Of a stretch of DNA of 64,000 nt, positions 18,312 to 25,303 are shown in pieces. The notes under the pieces are model-generated. The model saw only the letters and a list, made by a program, of their open reading frames with translations. It was not told the origin of the DNA and did not search any database. Each line of letters opens with the position of its first letter. Positions within the stretch are counted from its first letter, which is position 1. The position numbers were made by a program, and so were the translations under genes. Source of the DNA: Candidatus Helarchaeota archaeon (GTDB lineage Archaea; Asgardarchaeota; Lokiarchaeia; Helarchaeales; RDOG01); NCBI GenBank assembly GCA_029838215.1, contig JALGVI010000006.1, positions 27,698 to 91,697 of the forward strand, read 5' to 3'.

Positions 18312-20598
18312 TCTAGAGAGGGATCTTGAGCAATTATCCGAAATCATATCAATGATTGCACGCGAGAACATCAACAATCCAGCAATAGACAGAAAACAAC
18401 GACACTTCGTAACTTGGAAGAACTGTTATTTCACGGTTCATTCTTCAAACATACCTGATATCGAATTAATTGATTTTTTTTCAGCAGAATCAGCACGAGT
18501 ATTGTTAGCATACCTATTATTCATTAAAAAAAATGCAGAATTATTTCACGTCGAGTGGAGTGCATTCAAGTTTAACACGAATTCCTTTCGAGCTATGGCA
18601 GATAGAGTTAAAAAACAATTACTTCCCAATTTTATCGAGTTGACCTTTTATTTTTGGTCATGGCTCAACCCCCATGAGGAAAACTCGATTCTAGATGATT
18701 GTGAACGGCAACTTTCTTCAGTTCTCTTGCGAATTTTTTCATCATATTCTGATGAGGAGATAAATAAAATCTTCGAAACTCCAGTAGGGCGTTTACCCAG
18801 TCAAAAACAAAAGGACAAAGGAGAATTTTACACGGAAATGGGTATCGTGGATTTCATACTTGATGAAATTGGGTACACGACACGACTGCACGATAAAAGA
18901 ATTTTAGACCCTGCTTGTGGTACCGGAAATTTCATTGTAAAAGCACTACAAAGATATATTAACGACTCGTTGCAAGTAGTTCAAGCGAGATCTTATCTGC
19001 AAATCTTGGAGAATCTCTTGAATGTTCCACACGTGGTTGGAATGGACATTGATCTTTTTGCATGTTGCATGAGTAAATTACGTTTTCTTCACGTGATAAA
19101 CGATTTAGTCCTTGAGGCAAAAAAACGAAACGATTCTTTTGTTATCAAAAGCATTCCAATCTACTTTACCGATTCATTAATTCCTGATGATTTTGAAGAA
19201 GATGGTTTAAAAAAAACAGAAGATTATTTGATTTTGGAATCCTTGAAATCCACGCAAGCATGGGATTTTGTCGTGGGAAATCCCCCTTACATTCGTGCCA
19301 CGCGTTTTAGAAGCTCGAAAAGAAGCAAATATCGAAAAATTTTTCCTAACATCGCAAGTGGGGCATTCGACATCTCCATTTTATTTCTTTTTAAAGGAGT
19401 GGAGTGGTTGAAAGAAAAAGGTAAACTCGGATTCATCATCACGAATAAATTCTTCATCAATAAATACGCAGAACCATTACGGGCTCACTTATTACGCGAA
19501 ACAAACATCCTTACAATTGTTGATTTAACAAGTTCAGATGTTTTCGAGAACAGGTATGTATCCACGACAATTTTTATCGCAGAAAAAACTCGGCGTCCAA
19601 TGAACGAAGTGCGAATAATACGTGTTAAAAATAAATCCCCAGAAGCAATTCACGAGTTGATGATGCTCAGGACGAAAAAATTTCCATTTTCATCGAATGA
19701 GTTACAATGTCACGTTAAGGAACAAAGTGAATGGGAACGAATCCCCGGCAATGTCTTTCAAATTTTTAATGATTATAATTTGAAAAACATCATTAGAAAA
19801 ATACAGGGAGATGGAACTTTAAAATTGAAACAAATCGGTAAAATTCACGGAGGAATAATGGGGTTTAATTATCATTCATTACGTCCTTTAGTAACAGATG
19901 AGAAATTGGGAAAAAATCAGTTAAAACTCCTAACACCGGGTCTCATCCGACATTTTCGCGTGCTCTGGGGAAAAAAATCCATGAAATTATTTAGACGAAA
20001 AGAAACGGGCGATGAACCTGTTAAGTATAAAACTCCTTTTCTTAGAATCGATTCAAGCTTGATTTCAGATAATACGGCTAGCGTGTTTAGAAAGAGAAAG
20101 ATTCTCATTAGAAGTGTTGCCCGAGAGTTGACGAGCTTTCTCGATGAAAAAGGTGAATATGCTTATGCCGTGGCAATATTTGCCTTGCATGACCTGAAAA
20201 TCCCGGTTCAAACACGAGATTTATTAACAGAAAAAAACGATGACGACAACATAAATGGTTTCCAACATTACTGCGTTGCATTATTAAATTCAAGCCTTCT
20301 AGATTTTTATCATAAGTTTAATCATGCCCTGGGGCGCATTCCCAAAGGCTCTTATAGGTATACAAAAGAGATGCTCCAAGATTTGCCGATAAAAATTCCC
20401 GCAAACCAATCAGAGCTTGAGATCTACAACAAGATCAGGAAACTTTGTCAGGAAATTCACGAATCAAATCAAGATTTAGAAAAAGTTGAAGGAGACATTA
20501 ATTTTAACAAAAAAGAATTAGACAATCTAATTAAAATGATGTACGGAATAACAGCAGACGAATGGAATGGTATCGAATCGTTTCTAAAGATGAAATAA
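18268..20598 (+). CDS. Gamma-class N6-adenine DNA methyltransferase, Eco57I/PglX-like, with a C-terminal target-recognition region
   Basis: GEFYTEMGIVDFILDEIGY, ILDPACGTGNFIV (motif I), VVGMDIDLFA, FVVGNPPYIRA (motif IV), KGKLGFIITNKFF. ATG 18268 overlaps the upstream gene by 44 nt; the alternative ATG 18352 leaves a 40-nt gap. No nuclease motif seen in the first ~190 aa. Confidence 0.85.
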   Translation: METWHLPWLVEALSDLERDLEQLSEIISMIARENINNPAIDRKQRHFVTWKNCYFTVHSSNIPDIELIDFFSAESARVLLAYLLFIKKNAELFHVEWSAFKFNTNSFRAMADRVKKQLLPNFIELTFYFWSWLNPHEENSILDDCERQLSSVLLRIFSSYSDEEINKIFETPVGRLPSQKQKDKGEFYTEMGIVDFILDEIGYTTRLHDKRILDPACGTGNFIVKALQRYINDSLQVVQARSYLQILENLLNVPHVVGMDIDLFACCMSKLRFLHVINDLVLEAKKRNDSFVIKSIPIYFTDSLIPDDFEEDGLKKTEDYLILESLKSTQAWDFVVGNPPYIRATRFRSSKRSKYRKIFPNIASGAFDISILFLFKGVEWLKEKGKLGFIITNKFFINKYAEPLRAHLLRETNILTIVDLTSSDVFENRYVSTTIFIAEKTRRPMNEVRIIRVKNKSPEAIHELMMLRTKKFPFSSNELQCHVKEQSEWERIPGNVFQIFNDYNLKNIIRKIQGDGTLKLKQIGKIHGGIMGFNYHSLRPLVTDEKLGKNQLKLLTPGLIRHFRVLWGKKSMKLFRRKETGDEPVKYKTPFLRIDSSLISDNTASVFRKRKILIRSVARELTSFLDEKGEYAYAVAIFALHDLKIPVQTRDLLTEKNDDDNINGFQHYCVALLNSSLLDFYHKFNHALGRIPKGSYRYTKEMLQDLPIKIPANQSELEIYNKIRKLCQEIHESNQDLEKVEGDINFNKKELDNLIKMMYGITADEWNGIESFLKMK

Positions 20599-20629
20599 AA
20601 AGACCGTTCCTTTTTCAATTAAAAATGAA

Positions 20630-20926
20630 CTAATCATATTTAATTTGATCATAAAATTCCTTGCAAAATTCCAAGACCTCTGGAATCGGTGCAATCCTGC
20701 CGGACTTTAAACGGCGAATGATCCAGCGAAAACTCGGATGTTCCATTATCTTCAGGTCCTGTCCGAGCTTGGCTAATTTATCGATGCTAATTCGGTTCAA
20801 GTCTTTCACGGTCTCTTTTGGAGTTGCTGGCAATATTTTTTTCCTTTGTTCTCTTTCCTTTCTTTTTCGAGCTTGTTCGATCCTTTTTCTTTCCCGTTCT
20901 TCAAGGATTTTTTTAAAATTTTCCAT
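20630..20926 (-). CDS. Hypothetical 98-aa protein with a basic K/R/E-rich N-terminus
   Basis: ORF preceded by GGAGG 7 nt upstream. Its ATG shares one base with the TGA of the upstream ORF (TGATG). Confidence 0.5.
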   Translation of the reverse strand: MENFKKILEERERKRIEQARKRKEREQRKKILPATPKETVKDLNRISIDKLAKLGQDLKIMEHPSFRWIIRRLKSGRIAPIPEVLEFCKEFYDQIKYD

Positions 20927-21387
20927 CAGGAAGCCTCCAGAACTTTTGTTGCTATTGCATGAGCATTATTAATTAAGTCTTCCAGAATTTCGTTCTTCAA
21001 GATCTCTTCGATTTTCTTGTTAAAAGTTGAAATTCGTTGAGTTTTAAATAACTCGAGATACATGTCATAAAACAAGAGAAAAGCCTGTGAAATCGTCTTG
21101 ATATCCCCCATGAATGTTTTCTTTTCTTGTTTTTCCAAGATATCCTGAGCTTTATTAGCCAAAATTCTTTTTACCGTGGAAGGAAGCTCGGGATACTGCG
21201 TTATTTCTAAGTCGATTTGGAATTTTTTTGCCAATTGCTTGAGAGGTTCCAAATAATCTTCTCTATCTAAAATATATTGCCGGTTCTTTATCTTAATCAC
21301 GTCGAATTTCTTCTGTTGTCCCAAAAAATTGGAGCGATCCTTGACAGACATGCCTTCTGGATAATTTATTTTTATCAAGTAATCCAA
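20926..21387 (-). CDS. Hypothetical 153-aa protein
   Basis: TTG start with GGAGGA 7 nt upstream; translationally coupled to the 98-aa ORF. No motif recognised. Confidence 0.55.
   Translation of the reverse strand: MDYLIKINYPEGMSVKDRSNFLGQQKKFDVIKIKNRQYILDREDYLEPLKQLAKKFQIDLEITQYPELPSTVKRILANKAQDILEKQEKKTFMGDIKTISQAFLLFYDMYLELFKTQRISTFNKKIEEILKNEILEDLINNAHAIATKVLEAS
20934..20938 (-). promoter_or_regulatory. Shine-Dalgarno-like GGAGG for the 98-aa ORF
   Basis: Plus-strand cctcc at 20934-20938, 7 nt upstream of ATG (20926-20924). Confidence 0.5.
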
Positions 21388-21394
21388 ACGGATT

Positions 21395-21399
21395 CCTCC
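21395..21399 (-). promoter_or_regulatory. Shine-Dalgarno-like GGAGG for the 153-aa ORF
   Basis: Plus-strand cctcc at 21395-21399, 7 nt upstream of TTG (21387-21385). Confidence 0.5.
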
Positions 21400-21658
21400 A
21401 TTTACTTCCCATTTAAATCTTGTTTATGAGCCATTTATATTTATAATTAGCGGTTTATGTTCTATTTACTTTTCCTTTATTTTTCATTTATCTTATTTAA
21501 AAGGAGGAAATCCTGCAATTGATCCAAAAACAACAGCATTTTCAAGGAATTACATGTAATGATCTTGAACCAAATTAAGACTTATTATTGAATGATACCG
21601 AGCCATCACCAAGATATTACGTGCCTGATCCGACTGAAACTAAAAAGAAGATATTTTG

Positions 21659-22468
21659 TTAAAGAAATTGAGTTAGGGATTTTGCATCATTCGACTTCTC
21701 TTTAGGGAGGAAGGGAAATATTTCGGAATTAAAACGAGCCTTTTTCTTGATTATTGATTCGTATTCCTTGTTTATTTCGAATCCTATTACATTTCTACCC
21801 AATCGTCGGCATGCAAGGATGGTACCACCACTCCCACTAAAAATGTCCCCTACCCAATCACAAGGATCAGATGAGATCTTTATGATTTTTTCGAGCATGA
21901 CAATGGGTAATTGACAGGGATGCCCCTTAATTCTGTCGGGGTCATTTCCACGATTGTATTTTGGCCAATACCACACGTCATTTTCATATTTTTCACCCTT
22001 TCGTTTTGTATTTGGGTTCGAGTATTGTGGATAAAATTTGTAATTCTTCTTGTCCTTCACGAGAAAGAGAATGTGATAATGACTCGTGACATATTTTTTC
22101 TTGGTAAACACGCCCCAGCTGAAATGCCAAATGATATGATTGAGCAGCGTAAAATTTGTTTTTTTTACGGCGTTTAGGATTTCCCCAATTCTTGTCCAAC
22201 CGCTAATCACGTATAAAGAACCGTCAGGAGTCAAGGCATCAAAACACCGTGAAATCCACTTATAGGAAAAAATCTCATATTCGTCGGCGGTGAATTTATC
22301 ATCGTATAAGATATAATCAGAAGCACCATATTCATGACTGCTCTTGTCAAACTCCAGACCAAAAGGAGGGTCTGCAATCATGAGATGGAATTTTTCCTTG
22401 TACTTCGGCAACAAATCCATGATGTCGCCAATGATGAGTTCATAATGGGGTTTTTTTGGTTCACTCAT
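21659..22468 (-). CDS. Beta-class N4/N6 DNA methyltransferase (paralog of 15814..16713)
   Basis: MIADPPFG (motif IV), ISGWT, NHIIW, GVFTKKKYVTSHYHILFLVK, DIFSGSGGTILAC (motif I), IGFEIN. The same blocks occur in the other beta-class MTase. Confidence 0.85.
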   Translation of the reverse strand: MSEPKKPHYELIIGDIMDLLPKYKEKFHLMIADPPFGLEFDKSSHEYGASDYILYDDKFTADEYEIFSYKWISRCFDALTPDGSLYVISGWTRIGEILNAVKKTNFTLLNHIIWHFSWGVFTKKKYVTSHYHILFLVKDKKNYKFYPQYSNPNTKRKGEKYENDVWYWPKYNRGNDPDRIKGHPCQLPIVMLEKIIKISSDPCDWVGDIFSGSGGTILACRRLGRNVIGFEINKEYESIIKKKARFNSEIFPFLPKEKSNDAKSLTQFL

Positions 22469-22474
22469 TTAAAA

Positions 22475-22949
22475 TCAGGTTTTTTTCTTTTTGGACTTTT
22501 TCTTTTTCTTTGTTTTTTTTGCAGTCTTTGATTTTTTGGCTTTTTTAGTTTTTTTCGCTTTTTTGGCCTTCTTCTTCTTTTTTGGTTTTACCACTTTTTC
22601 TTCCTTTTCGGGCTCTTCCGGCGTTTCTTCTTCCGCGGGCAATTCTTCTTTGGCGGGTTTTTTCGCCTTTTTCACTTTTTTCTTTTTCTTCTTGGCTTTT
22701 TTCGTTCGGGCTCTTCCGGCGTTTCTTCTTCCGCGGGCAATTCTTCTTTGGCGGGTTTTTTCGCTTTTTTCACTTTTTTCTTTTTCTTCTTGGCCTTTTT
22801 CGCCTTTTTGGCTTTCTTCTTCTTTTTTGGTTTTGCCACTTTTTCTTCCTTTTCGGGCTCTTCCGGCGTTTCTTCTTCCGCGGGCAATTCTTCTTTGGCG
22901 GGTTTTTTCGCCTTTTTCACTTTTTTCTTTTTCTTCTTGGCTTTTTTCG
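22475..22949 (-). CDS. Lysine-rich repeat tail; can join ORF 22917..23813 only through two -1 frame changes (otherwise a separate ORF or non-coding)
   Basis: In the appropriate frames it reads KKAKKKKKKVKKAKKPAKEELPAEEETPEEPE three times, then a KKAKK-type tail. The frame ends at 22475, 6 nt before the ATG of the MTase gene. Confidence 0.35.
22696..22702 (-). other. Second A_AAA_AAG heptamer, in phase with the -1 frame entered at site 1 (candidate slippery site 2)
   Basis: The identical 36-nt junction recurs 245 nt downstream. The stop in that frame is at 22672-74. Confidence 0.4.
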
Positions 22950-23813
22950 TTCAACAGGTGATAATTCTTGTATTTTAACTTCGGTGGCGTCTTCGAGCGT
23001 GATTTCAACGGGTTTTCGTTCAGATGGAGGTGCTTTCGTTTCATCCACGACTGCTTTTGATCCTGCTTGCCGCTCTTCGATCATCGGGCGTTCCACGAGA
23101 GGCATCACGATTTGTGGTTCTAAAGAAGGTTGTTCTTCAGAGCTTGCTTCCAATTCTGCGATGCGTTCTTTAAATTCTTTATCAATTCGTTCACTCAAGT
23201 ACTCATTTACTTCCAAAAGAGTTGACTCGTCCACGTTTTCAATTTCAAATAAAAAGTCCCGCTCCACCTCGAGTTTCACTTCAAACAAGGTCTTGGTTTT
23301 TAATAAATCAGAATAAAGCAATTGGATGACGTGATCGATGACGTATTGAGCCCTGTTTTCTTTCGTTAATTTATATCGATTTAATATGAGATGCATTACC
23401 TTTCCCTGCTTCAAGAATACCCAATTATTCTTAACGCCAATCTCGGGTGGCTCTACACCAATCAAGCGGCATTTTTGCCGAATATCTTCCAATAGTTCTT
23501 TAGAAATAAAATCAAACCACTTATTCTCTTCAGGAAGAAATAGCTTGCTATCACGTTTAAAGAAGGGCTTTCGGATTATTTTTTTAGGGAAAAGTAAATC
23601 AATCAGTTCCATGCCAAAATAGTGAACCTGCAATTCTTCGCTTAATTTCGTGGATACGGCATTAAATTTATCAAGTAATTCTTTTTTTCGCAATTCGTAT
23701 CGGTGAAGTATCTCTAATTCTTTTCTAAAAACACTCTCTTGAATATCGGTTAATCCGCGTGCTTGCATTTCCCTTAAACTATTGATAAATTCGTGATATT
23801 TATCCTCGATCAT
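22917..23813 (-). CDS. Hypothetical 298-aa protein (N-terminal domain of unknown function, acidic linker, ends ...VERKKPRRKRKK)
   Basis: ATG preceded by GGTGGA 4 nt upstream; 36-nt gap to the upstream Toprim-like gene. No catalytic motif recognised. Confidence 0.6.
   Translation of the reverse strand: MIEDKYHEFINSLREMQARGLTDIQESVFRKELEILHRYELRKKELLDKFNAVSTKLSEELQVHYFGMELIDLLFPKKIIRKPFFKRDSKLFLPEENKWFDFISKELLEDIRQKCRLIGVEPPEIGVKNNWVFLKQGKVMHLILNRYKLTKENRAQYVIDHVIQLLYSDLLKTKTLFEVKLEVERDFLFEIENVDESTLLEVNEYLSERIDKEFKERIAELEASSEEQPSLEPQIVMPLVERPMIEERQAGSKAVVDETKAPPSERKPVEITLEDATEVKIQELSPVERKKPRRKRKK
22941..22947 (-). other. A_AAA_AAG heptamer in phase with ORF 22917..23813 (candidate -1 slippery site 1)
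   Basis: Minus strand GAA CGA AAA AAG CCA AGA AGA AAA AGA AAA AAG TGA. Codons occupy 22947-49, 22944-46 and 22941-43. The 0-frame stop is at 22917-19. Confidence 0.4.
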
Positions 23814-23849
23814 CTTTCCACCAGAAGGATTTTAGGGATAAGGACATAA

Positions 23850-24320
23850 TTAAGAATGAAAATTGATAAAGATTTTCTTCAATCTTTTCAATTGCATGCT
23901 ATTTTTCAATGTTTTAAGGAGTTTTTCGATTTTATTTGGATGAACGTTTATGATAGAATGCAATCTCATTGGATCATTTGGTAACTTATATTCATTTAAG
24001 TTAATTCTTGATTTATAACATGCATCTATAATCCATTCTTCTAATCTGGGACAAATTTGAACGATGAGGTTATTTTTCTTGGGTTCTTGGAATAATTTTA
24101 AATTGAACTCGTTATATTCTTTAAATAACTGAAATTTTTCATTAAAACTTTTTGGAATGGGTTTACCGGGATCTTCATCAATCATTCCTACGTTATTTTC
24201 ATCTTTGATTAATCGCTTTATCACGCCAGATTTGTTACCTGAATGCCTAATTTTTATCGGATATCCCCTAATCAAGATTTTAACTAATTTTTCGTCGGCT
24301 TTACATTCTACGAAAATCAA
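23850..24320 (-). CDS. Small Toprim-like protein (OLD/DUF4435/RloB-like)
   Basis: 156 aa. N-terminal MIFVECKADEKLV (hhhEGxxD/E-type Toprim glutamate strand) and VGMIDEDPG (DxD-like). ATGA overlap with the upstream ATPase gene. Confidence 0.45.
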   Translation of the reverse strand: MIFVECKADEKLVKILIRGYPIKIRHSGNKSGVIKRLIKDENNVGMIDEDPGKPIPKSFNEKFQLFKEYNEFNLKLFQEPKKNNLIVQICPRLEEWIIDACYKSRINLNEYKLPNDPMRLHSIINVHPNKIEKLLKTLKNSMQLKRLKKIFINFHS

Positions 24321-25303
24321 TGGTCAGGCTCCAAAAAACGATCTATTTCAAAGAAAATATCTGCTCCTGCATCCAACAATTCTCCCAGTTCAGATTTCTT
24401 CAGGATTTTAACCTTTGTTTGATAGTCTTCATAATACGTTAGCAGGATATTAAAATCTTTAATGTTCGATTTCTCAATAATGGAAAGTAGAAAATAAGGA
24501 TTATGCGTGGTGATGAAATATTGATTATTTCTTTCTTGTAAAGCAATTTTTTCGGCTAAAAACTTGCAATAATAAGGAAATGAATTAGAAGCGGGTTCTT
24601 CAAAGACGATGGTAGAGATTTGATTCGACAAAATAGCCACTAAATAAAAAATGATTCTTTGAAGAGTGTCTGAAAGTAAATTATAAGGATATGAATACAA
24701 TTTATTGTCTTGCATTTTCACGATTTCATAAATTTGATCGGGTAGTTTTAACATTAATTTTAGACCAAATTTTTCAAAAATCGGATATATTTCATCTTGT
24801 AGTGCTTTTCTTGAAGACAAAACTTTAAACAAATTCTCCCCAAATGGGGGATATAAAAAATCTAATTGTTTTCCAGCATATTTTATGGTAGGCTTGAATC
24901 TATAGAATCTTACCTTAAAGACATCATTGAAACTTTTATTTTTAGGGGGAATTTCATCAATGTTACAAACAAAATCATGTTTTTTTTGCCCATGAATTGA
25001 ATAGAAACCCCGATATTGATCGTCCTTAAAAAATAAGGAAAAGAAACCACGATTTGTACGTATTTCTATTGGATAATCTATCAGTTGATCGAAAAAAATT
25101 TGGCTTAAACTACTCATTCTGACGAATGAATTCATTGAGCCATATTTTGGAAATGATAACAAGCTTATCGCTTCTAATATATTAGATTTTCCTGTATTGG
25201 GTTCTCCTATCAATACATTAATCTTTTTACAATTAAACTTGATATTTTTTATTGACTTAAATTTTGAAATTTCTACACGATCTATCAAATCTACTCTGCT
25301 CAC
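24317..25303 (-). CDS. ABC/SMC-like ATPase of the AAA_15/AAA_21 type (OLD, AriA, PtuA-like)
   Basis: VLIGEPNTGKSNILEAI (Walker A), LLSDTLQRIIFYL (signature-like), TIVFEEPASNSFP (Walker B), FITTHNPYFL (H-loop). GTG start. Confidence 0.8.
   Translation of the reverse strand: MSRVDLIDRVEISKFKSIKNIKFNCKKINVLIGEPNTGKSNILEAISLLSFPKYGSMNSFVRMSSLSQIFFDQLIDYPIEIRTNRGFFSLFFKDDQYRGFYSIHGQKKHDFVCNIDEIPPKNKSFNDVFKVRFYRFKPTIKYAGKQLDFLYPPFGENLFKVLSSRKALQDEIYPIFEKFGLKLMLKLPDQIYEIVKMQDNKLYSYPYNLLSDTLQRIIFYLVAILSNQISTIVFEEPASNSFPYYCKFLAEKIALQERNNQYFITTHNPYFLLSIIEKSNIKDFNILLTYYEDYQTKVKILKKSELGELLDAGADIFFEIDRFLEPDH

Larger units (their letters stand above)
22561..22949 (-). repeat. Tandem direct repeats: three copies of a 96-98-nt core (plus-strand starts 22609, 22707, 22854), plus two copies of a ~48-nt extension
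   Basis: Near-identical strings cgggctcttccggcgtttcttcttccgcgggcaattcttctttggcgggttttttcgc... read directly. Spacings are 98 nt (3n+2) and 147 nt (3n). Confidence 0.9.

Noticed and set aside
22561-22949. Possible CRISPR array because of regularly spaced direct repeats
   Set aside because: Only three copies. The repeats abut or are separated by another repeated segment rather than by unique spacers, the period is 98/147 nt, the region is translatable as a Lys-rich protein, and no cas genes are present.
22491-23316. Long plus-strand ORFs (156, 244 and 76 aa) rich in Phe/Leu/Ser across the repeat region
   Set aside because: They are the antisense reading of the Lys/Glu-rich AAG/GAA repeats (poly-F/L from TTT/CTT). 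They are low-complexity and overlap better-supported minus-strand genes.
15020-25303. Integrated virus/provirus as the explanation for the MTase-rich island
   Set aside because: No integrase, capsid, portal, terminase or tRNA/att-like flanking repeat could be recognised. It cannot be excluded, but the defence-island interpretation fits the visible genes better.
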